From NCBI RefSeq assembly GCF_009834535.1, contig NC_045696.1:55926001-55990000 (forward strand): DNA of 64,000 nucleotides. The letters are read 5' to 3'. This stretch comes from Camelus ferus (Eukaryota). The notes under the pieces were generated by a model. It was given only the letters and a program-made list of their open reading frames with translations. It was not told the DNA's origin and did not search any database. The position numbers were made by a program, and so were the translations under genes. The first letter of the stretch is position 1; every line of letters begins with the position of its first letter. Of this stretch, positions 12,781-24,717 are shown in pieces.

Positions 12781-15700
12781 TTCAAGTATTTGTCTCCCTA
12801 AGACAGGTAGCTCAAATCACCACATTTCTCCTCTGAAGTTGCCATGTGGTATTCAACACTTTCCAAGTTGGCCATCTAGTTACACATCTGTGAAACTGGA
12901 ATGATGCTTTTTTTTTAAGAAGTAGAGGGGTCTGAGATTTTATTGTTTTTTTAAAATGGACATTCATCCAGACAGTAGTCTTCAGAGCGGTGAAGCTTCC
13001 TAGGGGTGAGCTCTAATGAACTTTTGAAAAATATAATTCAAGTAATTTAAAGAATTTCAGTCAATACAGAAAGTTATGAAAGAGAACATGAAAAGCTGAA
13101 ACTTCCTGAGCATTTAGTATGCACCAAGTCACATTATAATCCCTTTATATAAATTATCTTATGTAGGCCTCCTAACAATTCTGTGTATTATTTCATTTTA
13201 CATATGAGAAAACTGAGGGACAGGAAAATTTAGCACCTTCCCCATGGTTAGACAACTAGCAATGCGTGAAAGGATTCACACCAAGCCATCTTATTCCGTA
13301 ATCTGGGCTCTAACCACCGTGTTATACAGTTATACATGTAAAGCTGCTCAAGTTGATTTCTAGTACTTAGATGTCTTCACCAAAATATCTGAATAGATAT
13401 CTCCTCAGTCCGCCCCCATTCTATCTCACTAAAATTACCTGTCATTTCCCCTAGTATGCTTAAGCTAATATCCCCCTAAAAGATAATGGACAGTGTCATC
13501 TCCAGGCCTTTGTGCCTGCTGCCCCCACCACCCCCGTGCAGATTCTGCCAGTCATCCTGGGTCCACTTGCAGATCTGTCTTCTCCAAGAAGTCTGGCCAC
13601 CCACATGTCATTGCAGCTGGTATCTGCGCAGTCTTGCAATGGTGATTAATAGCTTATTCCATGTTGTTCAGTCTTCTGTGATGGGATGGTAAGATCCTTA
13701 AAGGCAAGAACTATGTTTTCTCATTCTCTGTGTCTTCCACATTGTAAGTATGCAATAAAAGCTCCTTGAATTGAGTGAAAGACAATGTTCTAATGATGAA
13801 GACAAAGGCAAGGAGAGAAGATCAGGCACAGAGAGGCTTAACTCTAACGGAGAGTTTGGTGTCTTTTCATGAGTTTCAAGAATTGCCTTCATTCATCTTG
13901 TTTTAAAATTTCACCTGCAACTGTTACACTTTAATTAAAAATCTCTACAGCAGGAAGCTCTGATTATATATACAAAGGAACTTACACTGAAACATAAATC
14001 TTCCCAAATTGCTAAATTCTTACTTAGTCCTTAATCTCCTTGTTGAATGATCCTAAGTGACATTCTGAAAGTGACATACTGCTTCCCCCAGCCTTAAACA
14101 CACCTCCGACCTCACTCTTGGACACACCCAGGTCCAGGGATGACCATCACAGCCCTCCCTCTACCCCAGAGGAGGCTGGCTCTTTTCTCTTAGAGGAAAG
14201 CTTGGAAGTGATGGGATTATCCATGCCTGAGTCCTCTCATGCCCCTACAAAGACCCCAAAATCCTCCCTGATCCTCAGGATTCATCCTCTCATTTATGAA
14301 ATCATAACTGTTTGCTTTAGGTAACCATTCAGTGTCCTGACAGCAGCCCAAACTCAATCCATCCAAAATCAAATCAGATCTCCCCCAGAGTTGTTCCTCC
14401 TCTCCTTACAGTAATAGCCACCACCACTGTCCAATATCCAGGCTTGAGCCTGACTCATCCTTCACTCAGAACATCATAGTGCTCAAAAAAGAAAGGTCAT
14501 TTCCCTCCTTCCAATACCTAATTTAAACTAAGACGCTGCCTGTCGCTTTCTTCAAAATTTGTCTGATATCTGTCTCTTTCTGTCTATTCCCTCAGACGTG
14601 GTAAGACCTGGCACCAACCTCTGACCTAGTCTCTTTTCCTCCAGCTTCTTTCTCCTCTAGTCTACTCTGTTTACCTGTGCCAGATAATCCCTTCTACAAA
14701 CTCTTCATTCTCCTGCTCCAAAATTTTCACTGAATTCTCCTGATTGTCTGGAGAATAAGGGCTTCATTAACTTCTTAAGCTAGAATTCAGGAACTTCTGC
14801 AGCTAAACCTTTATCTCTTTTCCTTGATTTCTTTCTTGCTCTTTACCAAAAGAAATCCTTAGCCCCTGCTGGGTTGATCTGCTATAATAATTACTATTGT
14901 GTTCTTTAAACAACCTTTGTATATTAGTCATCAAGCCACAGAGTGTCAGAGGAGGAAACCAAGGCCCAGAAAGGTTGCACTTCCAAACCTGGGCTGCACT
15001 TCTATTGGAGTTTAATAACTCAATGATTCTTCAATACGTGTGAATGTGAGCTTTGATAACATTTTGAAGGTAAACAAGGGACAGTGTTTATCTGGAAGTA
15101 AATTCCTACTGCTGCCGGAAACACTGGATCTCTACCATCTATCCAGGCCTAAGCTAGTACAGATTCTCATTTTGGACAAAGCTGGAGGGTTGAGAGGTGG
15201 AAAGAGATCTAATCTAGGTAAATATCCTGGGAAGGACAGCCCAGTATGTGGACACCCCTCTTTGGGGTACTGGGGTCAGACTCACTCAACTGAAAATGCT
15301 CCTTCTCTCTTGCAGTCACCAGACCTCTCAGCTTTAAAACTCTCACAGTGTTCACTCAGCCCTCCTGGTTTGGGCTTGCAGCTGAATCCCCCCTGACCTC
15401 AAAATCAGTCCTTTTGACTCAACCCATGCTTCAGTTCAGAACCGCCCTCTTCTGTAGTCTTTATATGGAGAGGACAGAGAAATGGGTAAAACTGGAGACA
15501 AGCAATCACAAAAGCAAATGTTTATTCATTTTTTTCATTTAGCAAATGTTTACAGTGACGTACAAGGCACCATTCTGAAGGCAGTCTTCTTAATAACTAC
15601 AACATACTGAATGCTTACTAGGTGCCAGGCATGGCTTTAAGTGTGTGTGTGTATATATATGTATATATATAGAAATCTCACAACAAACATTAGATTGGCT

Positions 15701-15857
15701 CTTTTTTTAATTGTCATTTTACATATGAACAAGCTGAGCAGTTAACTATGCTTTAACCGCTCAAAGCAGTTAACTATGAGCAGTTGAATGACAGAATGTT
15801 AAGTGGCAGAGCTGAAATATGAACCCAGGTGGTCTAGCTTCAGAACTTTGTATCCTT

Positions 15858-15934
15858 TTTTTTTTTAATAGAGGTAATAGTGATCAAACCCAGCATGCTA
15901 AGCATGCACTCTACCACTGAGCTGTGCTCTCTCC
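15858..15934 (-). mobile_element. Vic-1-like tRNA-derived SINE (camelid) with A tail and TSD
   Basis: Reverse complement ggagagagcacagctcagtggtagagtgcatgcttagcatgctgggtttgatc...ttaaaaaaaaaaa, with A-box and degenerate B-box; TSD cagaactttgtatcctt (15841-15857) and cagagctttgtattctt (15935-15951). Confidence 0.8.
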
Positions 15935-16364
15935 CAGAGCTTTGTATTCTTAACCATACATCATGCTGATAGTGTGTCCTAACCCAATGTCTACTTAGGT
16001 CACCTCCATCACCTTTTTAAAAAAACTAAATTTATCAAATATTTGCTGGTAATGACAAGGTATCTGGACATATGCTAGGTGCTAAGAATGTAAGTACAAA
16101 TAAGACAGGGAGGACTATTCTCTACAGAAGCTCACGCATTAGTAGGATAATAATAAAAGAGCCATCATGTGCCAATGTTGGTGGTCTATAATTTACTTTA
16201 AAATACTTCAGCTAGACAGTGTGATAAATGAGTTATCTTTAGTCAGCATTCTAGGAATGTGTGATAATTATCCAAATCATCTGACAGTTCATCAAAAACT
16301 CACAGTCAGAGGCAGCTTCTGTAATCACTTCAATCCTCCTCATGTCCCCACATCCCCATCTCAA

Positions 16365-16708
16365 CCCTCAGAATCCCTGAGAAGATTTTACAGCTACAGA
16401 TTCTAAACCCAAGGGCCCCAGAAATTCGATTTTAACTCATTTGCTATGGGCTTAGTTTTACATTTTATATTATATATTTATACTATATATATTATACATA
16501 TGTACTTTTAAACTTTTAAATTATGGAACATTTCAAACACATACAGAATTAAAAAGACAGAATATTGCATCTCTATGTACCCATCAACCAGATTCAATAA
16601 TTATAAACTTTCTTGGCTCTCTTGTTTTGTCTATGGCATTGGTATTTAAAAAAAAAAAAAAACTTCTCAGTTTATTTTAATATGCAGCCAGGGTTGAGAA
16701 TCGCTGCT
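16365..16708. mobile_element. MER5A-like element interrupted by an L1ME-like 3' fragment (about 16460-16635)
   Basis: MER5 halves (cagaatccctgagaag... and ...gcagccagggttgagaatcgctg) flank tatggaacatttcaaacacatacagaa...tgtacccatcaaccag. Confidence 0.55.
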
Positions 16709-16981
16709 CTAAACAAATAATTACACTGGGGCCACTGCAAACATAGAATATGTATCAAGCATAGTGGGAGTGGGGAAGGGGATGATGAACTCTGACCACT
16801 GAGAGAAAAGCGGGAGGGCTTTCATAGCTCCTCCCTAGATCCCAGGTTGTCCAGGGCTAACCTGTCCCAGTGGCAGCTCTGACATCTGGGACCCCAGCAG
16901 AGGTGCTTCTCTAGCTGGACCTGAGGATTCAGGCTGGGGGCTGGAACCACATGTCCGCACACAAAAAATGAAGTCCTTCTC

Positions 16982-16985
<4 letters not shown>

Positions 16986-17016
<31 letters not shown>

Positions 17017-17078
17017 TAGATAGATATAGATATAGATATAGATATATAGATATATAGATATATAGATATATAGATATA
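16986..17078. repeat. Compound microsatellite (TA)n-(GATA)n-(GATATA)n
   Basis: Directly visible. Confidence 0.95.
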
Positions 17079-17594
17079 GTTGCATTAAGGTAGGATTTAT
17101 TAGGTTAAAATAATAGTGTAAACATGAACATTTCAAAAAATATGTTTGTGATGAAGAAAGCACAGCCATTAAAATAATTTAGGAGCTACTGGAAGGGTGA
17201 AAAGGAGAGAAACAGAAGGGGAGTCATGAATAATGAGGAATCAGGTTACAAGAAACAAAATTCAGGGAAAAGAGAAGAAACCAAATTAGAGAGAAGAAGG
17301 AGTCACCAGTGTTTTCCTCTCAGATACTTCAGGGAGGATCAGGTGTGAAGGCCAACTGTCCAGGGGCAGGAGCTGGAGGGCACCAGGCCTGATCTCCTCA
17401 GTGGGGCCTAGAAAAACCAGACAGAAAGGACCTTCTTCTGACTCGTCACACACAAGTCAAAAAGAAAGTGTTCTGGCTTGAATAGTAGACACAAGCAAAA
17501 GAAAACTGGAAAGCAGAACTAGAAGTCTCTAAAGTCCCAAGTGTTAATCTGATCCATGTTGAAATGGGTAGCCGTTGAGTTTAACAAAGTTCCA

Positions 17595-18266
17595 ACAACC
17601 ACTGTGGAAACTGGGTTCTCAAAAAACTAAAACTAAGACTACCATTCAACCCTAGCAATTCCACTCCTAGGTGTATATACGAAAAAAACAAAAACACTAA
17701 TTTGAAAACATACGTGCACCCCAGTGTTCACAGCAGTATTATTTACAACTGCCAAGATATGGAAGCAACCTAAATGTCCATCAACAGATGAATGGATAAA
17801 GAAGGTGTGGTGTGTGTATACACACACACACATATACACACAATGGAATACTACACAGCCACAAAAAAGAATGAAATTTTGCCAGTTGTAACATGGATGG
17901 ACTTGAGGGCATTATGCTAAGTGAAATAAGTCAGATAGAGAAAGACAAATACTGTATATCACTTATATGTGGAATCCAAAAAATACAACAAACTAGTGAA
18001 TATAATGAAAAAGAAGCAGATTCACAGATATAGAGAACAAGCTAGTGGTTACCAGTGGGGAGGGGCACAGTAAGGGCAGGAGATAAAGAACAAACTATTA
18101 TGTATAAAATAAGCTACAAAGATATATTGTACAACATGGGGAATATAGTCAATATCTTATAATAACTACAAATGGATTATAACCTTTAAAAATTGTGAAT
18201 CATTGTCCTATACACCTGTAATTTATATATATTGTATATCAACTATACTTCAATTAAAAAAAAAAG
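17595..18266 (+). mobile_element. L1 3' end (ORF2 tail, 3'UTR, poly A)
   Basis: gcaattccactcctaggt...ggaagcaacctaaatgtccatcaacagatgaatggataaag...caactatacttcaattaaaaaaaaaa. Confidence 0.9.
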
Positions 18267-20399
18267 AGCTCTAACAATTATCACCTAAATGCCAGACAGG
18301 TAGCACCATGTGTGGTGCAGGGACCAACACCGTAAGAAAGAATCCATCCAGCCCCTCAGTGTCTAGAGAGGGAGTCTGGAAGGAGTGGAGGGCTAAGGGA
18401 GGTGGCCCCAGGGGATCCGAGGGTCCTTCAGGGGCAGGTTATGCTGACAGAGCTGGAGGGAAATGACCAGGCTGTGGGAAGAGAGGGGACATGTGTACTA
18501 GACTTGAGGGATGAATAAAGTTCAGGGCTGACAGGAGGGGCAGAGGGCAATTCCAGGCCATCGGCAGCTGGCAGTTGCTGTCATGTGCTGTGCAGAGGAG
18601 GACTCACAGAAAGGCTCACGTCAGAGAAGTGAACCAAAAGTGAAATAAAATCCTGTGATCTTCAGGGAAATTTCTGCGTGGGAGAAACGTGTCAGCATAT
18701 AAATTCAATGACAATTAGAAGTGAAACTATTGACAGCATTGCTCACACTTCTTCAGTCATCAGGATTTGCATATAAAGGAAACCAGGGTGTCTGGAATAT
18801 AAGAGGAAGAAGGTGCAGAACCTTTAAGGTGAACTCAACTCCCTTCCCAGGCAGTTCTCCCCAGGGCCTCTCTCAGGTGTGTCTGTCTCTCTGTTCTGTT
18901 GCCATAACATGTCCTAGTCCTGTACCTGAAAACCCACATGCCATTTCAATGGCCTCAGCTGTTCTCCTAGCTTTGTTCCCTCTACTCAAGTCCCTCAGAA
19001 CATGAATGTCTGGGAAAGAGCTAGGCTCTACCAGACCCTGTGGTGGGCACTGAATGCAATCTCCCTCCACACTGCTTTGAGAGCACCATGTCCCTGCTCA
19101 TGTTCCACTGCATCTTGATTGGAGCTCAGATGTCTCAGCCGGTCACTGAGAGCCATTGCTTCCCTTCTGCAAGCATGCCTTCCTTGTCCCTCCAGCCTGC
19201 AGACCTTGACTCATGTGTATCTTCTCCTTGGATTGCTTCTACCTTGCCTACCTCTCTCTGTCTTTTAAGGCACAGCTCAGTGTCAACTTCTTCATGAACC
19301 TGTCCTGATCCCAGAAATGGGAAGTGACATCTGCTGAACTTCTGTAGCTCTTGTAGTGGTTTCACATTCGTGGAAGGCTTGTCACAATGGAGTGGCATAG
19401 TGCTTATTTGTATGTGTGCCAGGGATCCAGCTTCACCTTAAAGTAGTTAAGGCCTTGGTGGTGATGGAGGAGAGTGCCTCTTACTCATGTGTCTTGTTTT
19501 CTAGTTTTGGATATCCTTCAAGGGCAGGGACCATGAATGATTCACCCAGCAAAGCATGTGGTGTCCAGAGTAGTGTTTGACAGCAGTGGATATTTAGTAA
19601 GTATTTATGAGATAAAAGAATACTTCCTGTCCTCTCCTTAGAGCAAATCTGACTATGTGTCAGGCTTTATTCCTGAAAATATGAAATTATAACCCAAAGA
19701 TTTTCTTCTCACATGTGTGGATCTCTAGTGTGGGATTATTAGAAGAGCTTTACAAATCCATTATCATGTCAAAAATTTTCTGTAGACTGAGTAAATACAA
19801 TGCTTTGTACATATATGTAATGCTTTGTTTCAAATTTATAGAGATACTAACGTGGTTAAATTTTTTAATCTATAACTTATCTATAACCCTTATTAGAATC
19901 CAGATGTCTTTGCCGTTACATATGACATTAGATAATAAAAGCACAACTTCTATCATGTAAGGTCTGATCCTCTTAAAAATAAACAAACACATTAAAATAA
20001 GTCCCCATCCTGAGGAATCTCTGCTATGTACCACTATGTATGTGTGTATAACAACAGCTCTGCCTGGGTGATTCTCCAGCTTGGGGTGTGGTCCCACACC
20101 CCAGGTAACACTGAGTCTCAATTTACAATGTACAGTGAGCTTTTTTGTTGTTTGTTGTTTCATTCACTCCCTACAACAGCCCTCAAAGATTAACAGGAGA
20201 CTTATTGGATTTCTCAGGATGACAAGGGGCTTCTATTGTGAAATGTACATGGGAGAGACAGATATCAAACAAGAAAGAAAATAAATACACAGTGTAATTT
20301 TAGAAAAAAAATGAGGAAAGAACAGAAGAGCTATATGGGACACACTGTACTACCATGCACGTAATTAGAATCCTAGAAAGAGAGGAAAGAAAAAATAGA

Positions 20400-21350
20400 G
20401 CTCTGAAGAAAGTCTAATCAAGGCAAGAAGACAGAGGGTGATGGTGAGGTGAGGTGGGTATCTTAGCTGGGATGGTGACATTGAGCTGAGAACTGAATGA
20501 CTGGAAGAAGTCAGCCAGGAAAAGGTATGATTGAAAAACTGCAAAGGCTCTAATATAGAAAGGAACTGGGTATGTGTGAGGAGCACCCAAAAGTCTAGTG
20601 TGGCTGAAACATGATGAGTGAGAAAGAGAGCAAAGTATGGTTAGACAGCTAGGCAGGTGGGGCCTTGTGGGTCATAAGTGGCTAAAAGAGTAGCCTTCAT
20701 CAAACATTCCTTGTATTCACCCACATTTCCCAGTCCCTTTAATCATCAAAGCACAGAGTTGATTATTAAGTATGTCCATGTGACTAGCTCTAGTCAATGG
20801 ACTGTGGGCAGAAGTGATTTGTGTCATTTCTGACACAAATTCAGTCAGCACAGGAATGTCAAGCTGTTTCTTTCTTCAAGTGACAGAGCCAGAAGGTCAA
20901 AGTAGGTTGAATCATTGAGTTGCAACATGAAGACAGTTGCTCTGATGAGTCATGCAGATTCTCAGCAGACTTTAAGTAAAAGTGATAAATCTGTGTGCTA
21001 TTAAGTAAATGACAAACTGATTCTAACCAATATCACAGTAAGAAATTTAATTTATTTTAAGTGTAATAGGAAGTTATTTGAAATTTTTAGCAAGACAGTG
21101 AAGAGATCATATATATGTTTAAATGATCACTTTGTGTGGAATAGATTATGGGGAAGAGGGACAGGAGAAATTAGGAGCCAATTATAAATCTATTGAAATT
21201 AATCTAAGTATGAAATAATGGTGGCTTGAAATTAGTGGTGTCAGTGGGGGTGTTGAGTTGAATTTGGGGTATATTGTGAAGACAGAGCTAACAAGACTGA
21301 TGGAAAGACTCCAAGGTTTTGGGCCTGGGCTACTGAGTGGAGTAGAAGAG
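20400..21350 (-). mobile_element. L2 fragment interrupted by an MLT1-type LTR (about 20685-21035)
   Basis: L2 motifs ggtgacattgagctgagaactgaatga and gactccaaggttttgggcctgggc; the insert carries the MLT motif catgtgactagctctagtcaatgg...gcagaagtga. Confidence 0.6.
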
Positions 21351-21457
21351 AGAGAGAACAGAGGTCAAGTGGTGAGGTGGGAATGAAGAGTTATAAAACA
21401 TTTTTGGTTTAAAGAACTCTTCCAAAGGACAGAGGGAGAGAGAGAGAGAGAGAGCAA

Positions 21458-23625
21458 CTGCTTCCCAACTCCTTTCACAAAGTCAGCATAACGTTGATAT
21501 TAAAACCTGACAATGATATGGTAAGATACATGGATGCAAAAGTCCTAAACAAAATATTTACAAATCAAGTTCATAGATACATCAAGAGGAAAATACATCA
21601 TCATAAAACTGGATTTGTTCCAGGGATGCAAGTTTGTTTTAACATTCACATATCTATTAATGTCCTTCATTAACAGAATAAAGAAGAAAAATACACTCAA
21701 TTAATGCAGAAAATAATTGATAAAATTCAGTACTCATTCATTTTAAAAAACCCTCTTAGCAAATTAGGAATAGAAATTCTTTAATCTGATAGGAGTATTA
21801 TAAAAATCTAATAGCACATGTTATATTTAATGGTGAAATATTGAAAACATTTTCCTTAAGGTCAGGTATGAGAGAAGGATGTCCTCATCATCCCTGCTAT
21901 CCATTCATCCCTGTACTAGAGGTCCTACTCAGAGCGACAAGGTGCCAAAAGAAGGAGAAGAAGGAGGAGCTGGGTAGGGGGAGGAGGAGGACGGGACAGG
22001 GAAAGGTATAGGTCAGGAAGGAAGAAATAAAGCTGTCATTATTTACAGAGGATGTGAACATATTTATGGAAAATCTTGAAGACTCTATGGATTAGTGATT
22101 AGAATTGATAAGTGAATTTATCAAAAACTCTGGATGGAAGTTGAAGATATAAAAATCCATTATTTTTCTGTATGCCAGTAATAAAATATTAGAATGTAAA
22201 AAAAATTAAACAATAGTATTTACAATAGCATCAAATTTACCAAATACCTAGAAATAATTCTAACAAAATCTGTGCAAGGACATCTTCATAATAAACTACA
22301 AAACACTATGGAAAGAAAATTTCAAAAACCAAAATAAATTAAGTGCTAGACTATGTTCATATATTGAAAAAATCAATATTATAAAGATATCAACTCTTTA
22401 CCAACCTAATCCACAGTGTGAATATGATTCTAATAATCCTAGCAGAGTTTATATTTTTGTGGAAAGTAACAAGCTAATTCTAAAATTTATACGGAAATAC
22501 AAAGGGAAAGGCCAAGAATAGCCAAGACTTGAAGAAGAATGAAGTTTGAAGATCAACAGATATCAAAACTTATAAAGCTACAATAATTACAACCAGGTGG
22601 TATTGTCAACAGGTAGAAAAATAGACTAATAGAACAGAAGATCTAGCAGACCTACAAATATATGGATATTTGATTTATGACAAAGGGGTCATTGAACACT
22701 AGTGGGGATAGGACAATCCATTCAATAAGTAGTGCTACCTATTGGATATTCACTAGAAAATAAAAGATTTGATCCTTAGTTCATACTATACACAAAAATC
22801 AAATCCAGATTGCTGTAGCTCTAACTGTGAAACGTAAAACAATAAAACATCTAGAAGGTAACATATAATATCTCCACAGGAGGAAAAGCTTTCTTAAACA
22901 TGACACAAAAAGCAATAATGATGGAGGAAAAGACTGATAAATTACTGCATTGAAATTAAGAACTTATGTTCATCAGAAGACTCCATTTAGAGAAAAAAAG
23001 AAGTCACAAATTGGGAGTATACATTTGAATACATAGAAGCAACAAAAGACTTTTAACCTGAATATTTAAAGAATTCCTTGAAGTGAATGAGAAGAGCATA
23101 CAAACAAACAGAGAAACGGACAAGAACTAGAATAGACACTTCACAATAGAGGATATCTATATGGCTAATAAAACAGAAAAAGGTACTCAACCTCATTCTT
23201 CATCAGGGAAGTGAAGATTAAAACCACACTGATATGCCGCTGTATACACCCAAAGGGCTAAAATGACGGGGAAAAAAAAAAAGACAATACCAACTGTTGG
23301 AGAGGTTGAGAAGCAACCAGAACACTCAGACACTGCTCGTGGGAATATTAACTGGTACAGTCACTTAGGAAAACTGACAGTATGTACTATAGTTGAACAT
23401 ACATATGCATACCCAGTGCCTCAGTAATTCCAGCCCTAAGTATATGCCCCCAAAATGTATGCGTATGTGTACCAAAAGATAAGTTCAAGAATGTTCATAG
23501 CAGTGCTATTCATAATTGTCCCAAGCTAGAAGCTACCCAAATGCTCATCAGTGGTAGAATGGATAAATAGATTGTGGGATAGTCATACAACAGAGTCCTA
23601 CACAGCAACAAAATGAACAGACTGC
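21458..23625 (+). mobile_element. Degraded L1 ORF2 (RT and C-terminal region), old L1M
   Basis: gatgcaaaagtcctaaacaaaata, ccagggatgcaagtttgttttaacatt, aagctaattctaaaatttatacggaa, gaatgttcatagcagtgctattcataat; many stops and frameshifts. Confidence 0.9.
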
Positions 23626-23900
23626 CGAGAGAGCAAGAGAAGCCCAAGGATCTCCAGCTGTTCCAGCCCTCCTCTGTCTAAGGCTTCCCAGCCTGGGCCC
23701 CAGACACACGCGTGAAGAAGACTTCGAGGTGATTCTCACCATAGCCACTGTCTGAATGCAATAGCAGGAGAAACCTTGAGTGAGAAGGGCCCAGACGAGC
23801 CCAGTCCAGCCCCACATTCATAAGCAAAACGTATTATTGCGGCAATTTTGAGTCACCGCTTTAGGGATGAACGTGGTACAGCAATAGGTAACCAGAATAC
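23625..23900 (+). mobile_element. 3' part of an MLT1-type LTR
   Basis: cagctgttccagccc...gagcccagtc...acagcaataggtaaccagaataca terminus. Confidence 0.6.
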
Positions 23901-24234
23901 ATATGGAAGTATTTAGGGGAAAAATAAAATGGAATATGTTAAATTTGTAAAACTACTTTAAAATAGCTAAGGAAATTTAATGAAATAAATTTGTAACAAT
24001 CCCTCTAAAAACTATTGTTTAATATTAGGGTCATAGATAGAGCAAAAGATTTGTAAGTTGAACATAAAGCTTAAGGGCAAACTAGATTCTAAAATTTCTA
24101 CTTCCTTAAGCTGAATCTTAATTGAAAAAAATTTAAATGAACAAAACAGGACAAAAACAGTGAAAACTTCTTAGATAGCTGACTTCATTGATCCTTTCAG
24201 AAAATTGAAAGAAACAACATAGGGAAAGGAAATG

Positions 24235-24420
24235 AGAGATTTATTGAGTGCTGACTAGGTGTCATACCACATCCTAGGTGCTTTACCTAAATTGACTCAT
24301 GGAATCCTCACAACCCTGTGAAGTGGGTTTTGTAATGCCCACTTTACAGATGATGCTCAGCGAGGCTATGTAACTTGCCCAAGATCCTGCAGTTAGTAAA
24401 GGAAAGAATCTGTGCTTTTG
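24235..24420 (-). mobile_element. MIR in POPDC2 3'UTR carrying the candidate poly(A) signal (AATAAA on minus, 24240-24245)
   Basis: atttattgagtgct...ctcacaaccctgtgaagtggg...cccactttacagatga...taacttgcccaaga is a reversed MIR. Confidence 0.75.
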
Positions 24421-24631
24421 CGATTTTGGATGCCTTCTCCAGGAAGGAAGGCTGGTGAAGGCACAGCTCTCGAAGTCACTCAGGGCCCTTGGTGTGGCTG
24501 CAGTGCCGGAATCGTCTCTGTCTGCTCTGACCTCGCCTGCGAGCCGGCCAGTGGGTGAGAAGGAGGGTGTGCACACAAGTGACCTTCCTGGGAGGATGAC
24601 GTGGCCAGGGGAGAGGATTGTCCTTTGATCC

Positions 24632-24717
24632 TTACAGTTCAGGAGTCTGGGTTGGAGCCAAGGGGGCCTGTCCCCTGGACATAACTTGAGAGTAGCTCTG
24701 GAGAGGAGTTCTAGAAG
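24632..24717 (-). CDS. POPDC2: POPDC2 exon 4 coding part (364-aa isoform): (A)SRTPLQSYSQVMSRGQAPLAPTQTPEL*
   Basis: Minus-strand acceptor tcttcccacag| at 24718; phase 1 matches the exon 3 proximal donor; TAA at 24632-24634; matches recalled human ...LQSYSQVISRGQAPLAPTHTPEL. Confidence 0.93.

Noticed and set aside
15858..15934. Possible tRNA gene
   Set aside because: Degenerate B-box, deleted arm, A tail and TSD indicate a SINE.
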